NCBI GenBank assembly: GCA_963779145.1
Contig: CAVZXJ010000044.1
Location: 25,799 to 57,798, forward strand
DNA length: 32,000 bases
Source: an uncultured Alphaproteobacteria bacterium
GTDB taxonomy: Bacteria > Pseudomonadota > Alphaproteobacteria > Rhizobiales > Aestuariivirgaceae
Direction: 5' to 3'
This document shows positions 10,420-20,100 of this stretch, one piece after another. The position numbers and the translations under genes were made by a program. The notes under the pieces are model-generated. The model had not been told where the DNA came from, made no database searches, and was given only the letters and a program-made list of their open reading frames with translations. Every line of letters starts with the position of its first letter. The first letter of the stretch is position 1.

Positions 10420-10656
10420 ATGACAAAATCGTCTAAGAAGCAGTCGAAATCAACCAAGTCCGACAAGATCACTGCCCTCTTGTTGCGGAGCATCGGCGCG
10501 ACACTGGCCGAGCTTGCAAGATGTGCCGACTGGCAGCCACACAGCGTGCGTGGCTTCATGTCTGGTACTTTGAAAAAGAAGCTTGGTTTTGAAGTCACCA
10601 GCAAACGCGAGGAAGGCAAATCCCGTAGATACTTCATTGTGCGGGGTGCAAAATGA
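10420..10656 (+). CDS. DUF3489 family small protein (typical first gene of alphaproteobacterial serine-recombinase integrative modules)
   Basis: The product is MTKSSKKQSKSTKSDKITALLLRSIGATLAELARCADWQPHSVRGFMSGTLKKKLGFEVTSKREEGKSRRYFIV. It matches my memory of the DUF3489 pattern (LL.R..GAT..EL....GWQ.HSVRGF.SG...KKLG). AAGGAG at 10406-10411 lies 8 nt before the ATG. Confidence 0.85.
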   Translation: MTKSSKKQSKSTKSDKITALLLRSIGATLAELARCADWQPHSVRGFMSGTLKKKLGFEVTSKREEGKSRRYFIVRGAK

Positions 10657-10889
10657 GCACATTGCCAGACATCAACACGTTGTCCGGACTGCCTTCGGCT
10701 GATCATGAAGTTCTCTGGCTAACCCATCTCGGTGGTGCAGTGCCAGAGCATCTACCGAAATTCCTGCTGGCAAGGTTGCTGGCCTATCGGATTCAGGTGC
10801 AGCAGCAGGGAGGGCTCTCCAAGGTAGCCACGCGCTTCCTCGATCAGATCGCAAACGACCTAGACGCCTACGCACCCCGTTTCTGGTGA
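10653..10889 (+). CDS. DUF2924-like protein, N-terminal half only (probably truncated)
   Basis: It shares an ATGA start/stop overlap with the DUF3489 gene (10653-10656). LWLTHLGGAVPEHLPKFLLARLLAYRIQVQQQGGLS resembles the DUF2924 N-terminal pattern. Family members I remember are roughly twice as long and are followed by a large serine recombinase. Confidence 0.65.
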   Translation: MSTLPDINTLSGLPSADHEVLWLTHLGGAVPEHLPKFLLARLLAYRIQVQQQGGLSKVATRFLDQIANDLDAYAPRFW

Positions 10890-11051
10890 CTGCGATCCGC
10901 TTCAACGCGACGCTTCGCACCCAATATGAGCAACAAATGAGGTCACAAACGTTTTCAAGCTCGTGAACTCCGACATATCCACATGTCGAAGGACGCGACG
11001 TACTCCGTAAACAACTGGAATGAACTGCGGAGACAAAAGCCAAAGGGCTGA

Positions 11052-11372
11052 GTTAACGCAGGCAAGTCGATCCGCCGCGAATTGGTCGAGGGTGATTTCG
11101 AGGCACCCCTCAAATCGTTGGTGCCGTCTCGTGAGCTATTCGATCTCGCCTCGGCGATTTTCCGCGATCTCTGGGATCAACGCGTCGAATCGTCAGGCAC
11201 GCAGAAGAAGCACATGGCGGCGGAGATTTCCCAGATCGACCGCAAGGTCGAGCAACGGGTCGAACGTATGCTCTCCGCAGAGAACGACACAATAGTCCGC
11301 GTCTATGAAAATCAGAATGGAAAGTTGGAATCTCAGAAGCACGTTCTCAACGAAAAGATCGCATCGCTTTGA
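11052..11372 (+). pseudogene. Remnant of the C-terminal part of a large serine recombinase
   Basis: The frame is open from the stop at 11049-11051. It reads VNAGKSIRRELVEGDFEAPLKSLVPSRELFDLASAIFRDLWDQR...KKHMAAEISQIDRKVEQRVERML.... This resembles the post-zinc-ribbon/coiled-coil region of recombinase-family proteins that follow DUF2924 genes. No catalytic N-terminal domain is present; the 10890-11050 region has only stop-riddled fragments. Confidence 0.5.
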
Positions 11373-11579
11373 CATTCAAAGCTTTGAGCGAGTTATTGGA
11401 CGATAAAGAAGAACTGGCGCGCCGGACAGGATGAAACTGGGCACTCTTATGTTATTGTTTGTACTATGTAATTTTGGAGTCCTGCAAAACGTCATCATCG
11501 CAAGCCCCGGGCGAAAGTTCAACTGATATATTACCGTTGATGCCGATGGGGAGTGAGCTCCCCCGATAGTGGGAGCCTA

Positions 11580-11766
11580 ATCCGCGCCGCTTTCTTCTCG
11601 GCGCGCAAAGACATCTTTGCCAACGTCGCCCTCATCGCCGCAGGACGGGTAACGGCTTTCATATGGAGTTCGGCATGCCGGACCTAATCGATGATCTTGG
11701 CATTGCTGCCCTCAACGCCGATACTGCGTGCGAAGTCTGGACAGCGGCACGGGACGAACACATGAG
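11580..11766 (+). pseudogene. Possible remnant of a cation diffusion facilitator (CDF) type transporter C-terminal TM region, frameshifted
   Basis: Frame 1 reads IRAAFFSARKDIFANVALIAAGRVTAFIWSSA. The next frame continues PDLIDDLGIAALNADTACEVWTAARDE. This loosely resembles the S.RNDa.gN.aV..AA.gv..tg..wPDl.va.im motif I remember from small cation-transporter/CDF proteins. The evidence is weak. Confidence 0.3.
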
Positions 11767-11789
11767 TGCTCGTGCGCAAATTGGAATTC

Positions 11790-12761
11790 TCAGTTGGCAG
11801 GCCTTGCAAGTGCTTCAAATACACGAAGCCGCCCGCTGATACTGACCTTCACTTCTTGCGCTCCAGAACTGGCAGAAAGTTTTCCGCATACTCGCAGTGA
11901 ACTATTGTCTGTGTCGATAATAGCCTTTGCTCTGTTCTGACTATCAAGTATCGAAACGTCCATTTTTGCAGTGCCGGGAAGTAGAATTGCCCCGTTTTCG
12001 GCAGCCACACATGCCGAAAGAGTTATAAGGTCAGTTGTGTTGCTGCCAACTCCTCTGGAGATGCCCAATGCCTTTTCACCCTCAGGGGGAAAGAACCGCT
12101 CAGAAAATTCAATTGTGAACTGGGGTGTTCTTGGGAGGGAAATTTCATCGGACTTCCCATCAATTGTGGCAGAGAGGAACAAAGGCTTTTTCGGATCTCT
12201 CTTGATGACAAAACTCTTAGACTGTGTTGGCCTAATTTCGACATCTGTCTTGCCCGCCACTGTCGCTCCAGCCATCACTAGTTCGAGCTTACTGTCAGTA
12301 GGGTTATAGTCAGGGTCCCATGCGACCTTTACGACGAACTCTTCCGCATCCATAGCTGAATCAGGGATTGCAATTGTCACTCCTCGGTTCGCCCCTATGC
12401 ATCCTAGATAAGCCTTAACGCTCTCTGGGGACAGTGTGGACCGAAGTATTGAAACACTCTGCGTCTCTGACAACTGAAAACTCGTTTTTTCGCTTACATA
12501 TTGGCTAAGGGTAGACACATCCGACGCCGAGAAGGGAACTCCTTTGTAGGTCAAACCGACTTCAGTTTTGTCGTCAGAATTGGTTTGCTTGACCAGTTGC
12601 TTCGCGCTAGCCAGCCAAAAAGTGAAGTTGCCTTGATAAGAATCAATATTTTGTCGTAGGAGTTCAGTGGGATTACAGTCTGCTGCGGTAGCGGATATGG
12701 ATGAAGATGTCAGAACCACAGTTGTAAACGCTAGAGTGCTCAACCTCATAGTCCGCTCCAT
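11790..12761 (-). CDS. Secreted hypothetical protein with an N-terminal signal peptide
   Basis: This is a 323-codon ORF. The N-terminus MERTMRLSTLAFTTVVLTSSSISATA-ADC has n/h/c regions and an AxA-type cleavage site. An alternative start at ATG 12749 is preceded by GGAG. I recognise no domain. The region looks more AT-rich than its neighbours; I did not compute this. Confidence 0.8.
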   Translation of the reverse strand: MERTMRLSTLAFTTVVLTSSSISATAADCNPTELLRQNIDSYQGNFTFWLASAKQLVKQTNSDDKTEVGLTYKGVPFSASDVSTLSQYVSEKTSFQLSETQSVSILRSTLSPESVKAYLGCIGANRGVTIAIPDSAMDAEEFVVKVAWDPDYNPTDSKLELVMAGATVAGKTDVEIRPTQSKSFVIKRDPKKPLFLSATIDGKSDEISLPRTPQFTIEFSERFFPPEGEKALGISRGVGSNTTDLITLSACVAAENGAILLPGTAKMDVSILDSQNRAKAIIDTDNSSLRVCGKLSASSGAQEVKVSISGRLRVFEALARPAN

Positions 12762-12946
12762 CTACAACTTTGAAGAAGTGGACGCTATAGTATTTTCAGT
12801 TGGTTGTCTATGGACGCATCTCACACGGGGTAATTCCCTCAAGAATAGACGAAGACTAAAGCAGTCATTCAATTTTTCTACTCCCTGGGCCACCTGCGCC
12901 AGTTCGGGCGAGTCTGGGTCTGGCTCGGGTTCTTGAGAACTTCCAG

Positions 12947-13366
12947 TTACTCGCGTATCCGAGCGCGCTGCTCTTCGCGAGTTTCTCCATTTGACCGGGC
13001 TGGTGCCGTGACCTGACCGGCGTTCTCCTGCATCTCCGTTTGACGTGTTTCAGTCTCTGCCAGCCGCAAGCGGTCTGCGACTAGGGCGTCGCGTACGAGG
13101 TCGCGGATCAATGAACGACGTTCGCGGGTGTCAATGCTGTCAAGCGCCACATCCCGGCGGTCCAGCCCTTTGTGTTCTGGTAAATGCCGACGTTTCAAAG
13201 CGTCCAGCTCTATCCTACGTCGCACTGTCGGGTTGATTGCCAGATTGCGCAGCAAAGGCGCAATTACCAACCGCAAACCTGGTACCCGTGGAACGCGGCC
13301 GAGGTGTGAATCGCAGCCAGAGATAACTCTGGCAAAATTGTCCAGCTTTGTTCTGGAATGGACCAT
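12947..13366 (-). CDS. Hypothetical protein (weak call)
   Basis: The track ORF 12947..13459 includes 31 N-terminal codons that are just the translated tRNA, so I trimmed it to the first ATG after the tRNA (13366). The charged C-terminal half ([33 protein letters not shown]) is plausible protein, but I recognise no family. Confidence 0.35.
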   Translation of the reverse strand: MVHSRTKLDNFARVISGCDSHLGRVPRVPGLRLVIAPLLRNLAINPTVRRRIELDALKRRHLPEHKGLDRRDVALDSIDTRERRSLIRDLVRDALVADRLRLAETETRQTEMQENAGQVTAPARSNGETREEQRARIRE

Positions 13367-13373
13367 CGAATTT

Positions 13374-13450
13374 TGGCGCACCCGACAGGATTCGAACCTG
13401 TGACCTTTGGCTTCGGAGGCCAACACTCTATCCAGCTGAGCTACGGGTGC
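13374..13450 (-). tRNA. tRNA-Arg (anticodon CCG), CCA end encoded
   Basis: The minus-strand sequence is GCACCCG TA GCTC AGCTGGATA GAGT G TTGGC CTCCGAA GCCAA AGGTC ACAGG TTCGAAT CCTGT CGGGTGC G CCA. It has a 7-bp acceptor stem, a 4-bp D stem, a 5-bp anticodon stem, a T33-CCG-A37 loop, a 5-bp T stem and a TTCGAAT loop. Length is 77 nt. Confidence 0.95.
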
Positions 13451-13640
13451 CCGCAACAATCTTTACCCACCGCCAGTGGTCACGGCAACGCTCATTTTCC
13501 TATTGCGGCAACAGATTGCGGGTCCACCAAAGCACGCCAAGCCCCCCTAGCAAACTGCTTACGTGGTGCTTACGTGCTACATTTTTATAGTTTTGCGCCA
13601 ATTAAATTCTTCTTCAAATTATTGTTTTACATTGTGAATT

Positions 13641-13685
13641 TGGCGCACCCGACAGGATTCGAACCTGTGACCTCTGCCTTCGGAG
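13641..13685 (-). repeat. Partial tRNA-Arg copy: 45-nt 3' half (anticodon loop through CCA) with no 5' half; att-like scar
   Basis: The minus-strand sequence is CTCCGAA GGCAG AGGTC ACAGG TTCGAAT CCTGT CGGGTGC G CCA. It matches the intact tRNA at 43 of 45 positions; the 2 mismatches are in the 3' anticodon-stem strand (GGCAG versus GCCAA). The sequence 5' of the loop (CCTTT) cannot pair with GGCAG, and no acceptor 5' strand is present. Confidence 0.85.
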
Positions 13686-14129
13686 AAAGGTTCTTAACCC
13701 ATAAATTATTGAAAAATATCGACTGAACGCGCCAGAATGGCGCTGAATAGTGCCCATTAAGTCGTGTCCTATCCGGCATTTTACGGACATTCTGAGGACA
13801 GTACTGCTCTTGGACCATCAACAGTCACTCTAAAGCTTGAAGTGGTTTGAAAGCTTCGCTCACCCGTAAACGAAAACGACTTGCAAAAGCGATTTGCTAA
13901 ATGAGCCCTCATACAATTGTCATGGACGTTTATGTCATTTCGCGTTATCGTTGAAACTGCCGGGGACCTATGAAGCGTTTGCTACCCTGCGTCTAGAACG
14001 CAATAGCAAAAGGACATGCAAATTTGGCCATATTTGTGAGGGTTCCATGGTGCGCACAAATGAACTTGAAAATCTTTTGCTTCTCGAGATAGTTAGAACG
14101 AGCATTGCCAGGGTAGAGTCATTCCAAAG

Positions 14130-17100
14130 ATGACAAACCCTACCGAGGATAGGTCGCCGGGTTTTCCGAGGTCTGAGTCTGGTTCAAGCCCAAAACAGGC
14201 GTCTTCCCCCATCCAGTTGCCCAAAGGTGGAGGTGCAATTCGTGGCATTGGCGAAAAATTCGCCGCAAACCCCGTCACAGGCACAGGGGCCATGTCAATT
14301 CCTTTGCCACTTAGCCCTGGCCGCTCAGGTTTCGCGCCGAGCCTTGCGCTGTCCTATGACTCAGGATCCGGCAACGGTCCCTTCGGCTTTGGCTGGTCAT
14401 TGTCGCTCCCAAGTATTTCACATAGGACCGACAAAGGCCTGCCGCGTTACCATGAAACGGGCGACGCTCCAGACGTCTATGTATTCTCGGGTGCAGAAGA
14501 TCTTGTTCCGGTCTTGATTGAGGATGCGCAAGGCAATTGGCGCACCCAACCCGACCTTGCACGGCGGATTGGTGGCGCCGACTATTTGGTGCGTTGCTAC
14601 CGTCCGCGCATCGAAGGCTTGTTCGCTCGCATCGAGCGGTTCAGCAACACGCAAGACGAAGGCGAAGTATTTTGGCGCGCAATCACCCGCGACAACATCA
14701 CGAGCTGGTTCGGGCGAACAGCAGCAAGCCGCATCTCTGACCCTGCCGATGCGCGTCGCATTTTCAGTTGGCTGATCTGCCAGAGCCACGACGACAAGGG
14801 CAATGTCATTCAATATGGATACAAGGCAGAAAATTCGACGCGAATTTTCGAGAATGCCCTCGGGCAAGACGCGCCCCGTGCCTGCGAACGCAACCGAAGC
14901 CCCCTGTTGCGTGCCGCACAGCGCTACTTAAAGCGGGTGCGCTACGGCAACATTAAACCCTACTTTCCAACCCTAACGCCGGACGCGCCTTGGCCCGAGC
15001 CACTTGGTGTAGATGCCACTGATGCAAGCGCCGATTGGCATTTCGAAGCCGTGTTTGACTATGGCGAACATGATGCGGCCCAGCCTTCACCCGGTGATGG
15101 CGGCTTATGGCCTACGCGGCCGGATGTTTTTTCGACTTACCGCGCGGGCTTCGAAGTACGAAGCTACAGGCTTTGCCAGCGTGTTATGATGTTCCATCAT
15201 TTCAAGCAGGAAGCCAATGTAGGCACCGATTGCTTGGTGCGCGCATTGAACTTTGACTACGGCCTAAAGGAAGATCCTGCAACCTCCGTCAAGCCCGTGT
15301 ACCGTTTCCTTCGGGCGGTGAACCAATCAGGCTACCAACGCAATAGCGGTGGCTTTAGCCGCAAAGACTTGCCTCCAGTCGAGTTTACATACAGCCAGCC
15401 GCAATTACAGTCACTGATAGAAGCTGTAGATACCCTTAGCATTGAAAATTTTCCGTCGGGCTTTGATGGCGTTTCTCAGAGATGGCTGGACTTGCACGGT
15501 GAAGGCGTGCCTGGCCTTTTGTTCGCGCAAGCGAACGCATGGTATTATAAGCGTAACCTGAGTCCGCTTGCCATTCAGAAGGCCGATGGACAACTCGAAA
15601 CGCGAGCACGTTTTGGACCGCAAGAGGTCGTGCATACCCTGCCAAATGCGCAGCTGGGTGGCCTCACCGAATTCATGGACCTCGCAGGTGACGGTAAATT
15701 GGACCTGGTGGTGCTCGATGGCCATGTGCAAGGCTTCTACGAGCATGATGAGGCGGAAGGCTGGGGCCCTTTTCGACCTTTCGTTTCGCGCCTCAACATT
15801 GATCAGTCTGATCCCAATCAGCGGCTTGTTGACCTGAATGGCGACGGCCATGCTGACATTTTGATCACTGAGGACAACGCATTTGTTTGGCACGCCTCGC
15901 TCGCCGAAGAAGGCTTCAGCGCAGCTCGGCGCGTGGCACTGGCACTTGATGAGGAGCAAGGGCCTCGCGCAATTTTCGCCGATGGTACGGAAACCATTCA
16001 TCTGGCTGACATGTCTGGCGATGGCCTGGCCGATTTGGTGCGCGTGCGCAATGGCGAGGTTTGCTATTGGCCTAATTTGGGTTATGGTCGCTTTGGCGCA
16101 AAGGTGACGATGGATCAATCGCCGATCTTCGACGCGCCAGACCAATTCAACCCTTCCCGGCTTCGGCTTGCTGACATCGACGGCAGTGGCACGGTAGACA
16201 TCATCTATCTCCATCGCGAAGACGTGCGTATTTTTTTCAACCAGTCCGGAAATGGATGGAGTGCTGTCAACAAGCTTCCCGCCTTTCCCGGCACTGATGA
16301 GGCGCGCAACATCACCATCTGCGACTTGTTGGGAAATGGCACGGCCTGCCTCGTCTGGTCTTCGCCGCTGGCGCAAGATGTGGCGGTCCCCATGCGCTAT
16401 GTCAATCTCATGGGGAGCGTCAAGCCGCACTTGCTGGTTGGAACAATAAACAACATGGGTGGGGAGACGCGTGTGTCCTATACACCGTCCACCAAGTTTT
16501 ATCTCGAGGACAAGCGTGCAGGTCGTCCTTGGGTCACGCGCATGCCTTTCCCTGTCCATGTGGTGGAACGGGTGGAAGCCATCGATCACATCAGCCGCCA
16601 CCGACTTGTGTCGCGTTACAGCTATCATCATGGTCACTATGATGGTGTGGAGCGAGAGTTCCGTGGCTTTGGCCGGGTAGAGCAAGAAGACTGCGAGAGC
16701 TTTTCAGATCACCGCAAGGCAGTGACAGCCATGAATGGCACCCAGGATGTGACGCTGGAGCTCAATCAGCCTCCCGTGCTGACGCGCAGTTGGTATCACA
16801 CTGGAGCCTTTACGGGCGCTCCCCAGATTTTGCACCAGAACCATAGCGATTATTATCGCGGTGAGTTCTTCCTGCCAGAACCAACGTTGCCAGCGGGACT
16901 CAGTGATGCTGAAATGCGAGAGGCTTTGCGCGCGCTCAAGGGTTTGCCGCTGCGGCAGGAGGTCTATAGCTTTGATGGGTCCGACAAGCAGCAACATCCT
17001 TACTCCAGCACGGAAAACTGTTTTGAGGTGAGGCGCATCCAGCCGAAATCGGATCAGCGGCATGGCGTGTTTTTTGCCGTGGGCCGGGAAACTCTGTCCA

Positions 17101-20100
17101 TTAATACCGAGCGCAATCCGGTCGACCAGCGCATCACCCAATCCCTCAGTCTTGAGGTGGATCGCTATGGTAACCCAACAAAGAGCTGCACGGTGGTGCA
17201 TGGCCGCAAGCAGGCAGACACGGCGTTGCCAGTCGAGGTACAACGCGACCAAAAGAAAAGTTGGATCAGCTATGCCGAGGCAGATTTCACCTCTGACATT
17301 GGGCTTGGCATGGCGTCTGATGTCTATAGGCTGCGCGCCAGCCATGACTCGCGTGGCTATGAGATCACTGGCCTTGCGCCTGGGGGGCGCCTGTTTCAGT
17401 TGGAAGAACTCAAGGCAAAAATCGCAGCCTGCGTGCCGATTGGCTATGACGTTATCGCAGATGGGGTAACAGCCCAAAAGCGGTTGATTGCGCAATCGCG
17501 CGGGCTGTTTCTTGACAACAATCTGGCGCCAATGCCCTTCGGTCAATGGGACAGCCTCGGCCTTTCGCATCAAAACTACGCGCTTGCCTTCACGCCAGCC
17601 ATTGTCGCCACCCATTATGCGGGCAAGCTGAATCAAGCGGATTTCAGTGCTGCGGGCTATGTGCATTTTGACGGCGACGCCAATTGGTGGATTCCCTCTG
17701 GTACCACTGTCTATCCAGCCAATCCCCGCGCAAGATTCTATATTCCGCTTGGCAGCAAGGATATCTTTGGGCTGGAGACCGAGGTGACCCATGATGACTA
17801 CCTGCTGCTCACGACCCGGGTTGCACTGAAACAAGCGGCATGGAACAGCATGAGTGCCGTCAACGACTATCGCGTGATGCAGCCGGTGCTTGTCACCGAT
17901 GCGAATGGTAACCGTTCGGCCGTTGCGCACGATGAATTGGGCATGGTCACTGCTTCGGCTGTCATGGGCAAGGTCGGTTCAACCGATGGCGACACACTTG
18001 AAGACCCCACCTGTCGCATCACGTATGATATCTTCAACTGGAAAAACAACCGCAAAACAAACTTCAGTCATAGCTTCGCGCGCGAGAAACATGGAGCCGC
18101 CAACCCGCGCTGGCAGGAAAGCTTCAGCTATTCGAATGGAAGCGGTGGTGTGGCCTTGGTCAAGGTGCAGGCCCATCCAGGAAAGGCATTGCGAGCAAAT
18201 GCGGACGGCACCACCACCGAAGTTGATGCCAACCCGCGCTGGATCGGGAACGGGCGCACAGTGCTCAACAACAAGGGCCTTCCGGTCAAGCAGTTCGAGC
18301 CTTATTTCAGCACAACGCATGACTATGAAGATGACAGCGCGCTGCGTGAAATAGGGGTGACGGCGGTTCAATACTATGATCCTCTGGGGCGCGGCATCAA
18401 AACTGAGTTTCCCGATGGCACCTTGGCGCGCGCCGTGTTCGACTGCTGGAAACAAGTCGCCTATGACCCCAATGACACCGTTAACGAAAGCCGATGGTAT
18501 CGCGACAGGGGCAGTCCCAACCCTACCCTGGAAGCAGAGCCTCTCAATGATCCCGCACGTCGCGCTGCATGGCTGGCCACCAAGCATGCGGGCACACCCG
18601 CCATTGTTCATCTTGACAGCTTGGCACGGCCAATCCATGCGGTGGCGGACTATGGTGGCGGCAAAACCGCAACCACGCGGTCAGAAAGCGACCTTACCGG
18701 ACGGTTCAGCAAGGTCTTCGATCAATTGGGCAGGCTGGTTGCCGAAAGCTTTGTGAGTTTCGGTGGCATTCCTGTTACCGGTGAAAGTGCCGAAGGTGGG
18801 CGGCGTTGGACGTTCCACGACGCGCAAGGCGGCCTTGTCAAAAGCTGGGACTCGCGGGGACGCGTCTTCCGGGTTGCCAAAGATGACTTGCGTCGTCCAA
18901 TCGGCACCTTCGCTCAAGACGCTGGCCGGGCAGAAATGCTTCTGGGCTATGTAGTGTTTGGCGACAGGCTGGGTGAAGCAGCGGCGCGCCAACGCAACCT
19001 GCTTGGCACCGCACATCTTATGTTCGACCAGTCCGGCATGGTGCGGGTGCCAGAACTGGATTTCAAAGCCGCGCCCGTTTCCGTCGAGCGCATGCTGGTC
19101 AAGGACTACAAGAACAGCATCGATTGGTCGAGCCTGCTTAATCAGCCCAGCGTTGAGGCGATCGTTCAGGCGGCAGGCCCCGCCCTCGAGACTGGCGAAG
19201 TCTTCAGTGCCAAGGCCACACTGGACGCTTTGGGTCGTCCGATTTCTGCAACTCTGCCTGACCGCACTGAAATTCTATCGGCCTACAACGAAGCGAATTT
19301 TCTGACTTCGCTGAAGGCGAAAATCCGTGGTGCGGGCCCCTTCGTCGAATTCCTGAAGGGGCAGGATTACGATGCCAAGGGCCACCGTATTTTTGCGCGC
19401 TATGGCAATGATGTGATCACCCGCTATTTCTACGATCCCAAAAACTTCCGCCTCATCAATCTGGTAACGGCCAAGTCTGGTGCTGACCCTGCGACACAGG
19501 CGTTGCAAGATTTGCGTTACACGTTCGACGCCGCAGGAAATATCACCGAAATCAGCGATGCGGCACAACAGACGCATTTCTTCAACAATGCTGTGGTGGA
19601 GCCTGAAAGCCGCTTCGAATATGACGCGCTTTATCAGCTGGTGCGTGCTTCAGGCCGCGAATTGGCAGGTGGTGCCAATGATGCGCAACGGACCGAGGGC
19701 GACCTTGCGGGCGTTGCCCTGCCCCATCCCAATAACGCGGCGGCCGTGCGCAATTACACACAGAACTATCAATATGATCTGCTCGGCAATATCACGCTGT
19801 TCCAGCACCAGTTTGCAGCGCAGCCTGGTATCGGCAGCGGCTGGACGCGGCGCTACCGCTATGCACATGAGGCCGATGCTGCCAACCGCACCAATCGTCT
19901 GCTTTCGAGCAGCCGCGCGGGCGAGGCAGCAGGTGGCCCCTTCACCGATACCTATGATCATGATGTCTACGGCAACATGACACGCATGCCACATCTGGCG
20001 GTGATGGACTGGAACGTTTTATCACAACTTCGTCGTGTTGATCTCGGCGGCGGCGGGGAAGCGTTCTATGTCTATGGCATGGGCGGCCAGCGCATGCGCA

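Larger units (their letters stand above)
10420..11372 (+). mobile_element. Decayed integrative-element recombination module (DUF3489 - DUF2924 - serine recombinase remnant)
   Basis: The gene order and families match the conserved three-gene module. The second gene is truncated and the third is reduced to about 100 codons. Confidence 0.45.

Noticed and set aside
11548..11563. Palindrome GGGGAG-tgag-CTCCCC in the pseudogene debris
   Set aside because: It has a 6-bp stem, no T tract and no repeated copies elsewhere in the window.
13358..13726. Plus-strand 122-codon ORF, and the first 31 codons of minus ORF 12947..13459, overlapping the tRNA
   Set aside because: The peptides (HPTGFEPVT twice; [20 protein letters not shown]) are simply translated tRNA and half-tRNA sequence.
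13894..14133. Upstream ORF ending in an ATGA overlap with the TcB-TcC start, including a 28-codon version from ATG 14047 with GAGGG 4 nt upstream
   Set aside because: I recognise no sequence features, the SD spacing is too short, and the longer version starts at a non-ATG codon. It could be a leader peptide, but nothing in the sequence supports that.
15411..17930. Long antisense ORFs (424 and 408 codons) inside the TcB-TcC gene
   Set aside because: They lie opposite a sense frame with unmistakable SpvB/RHS motifs. Their translations are Arg/His/Cys-rich and motif-free, which is typical of shadow ORFs in GC-rich coding DNA.
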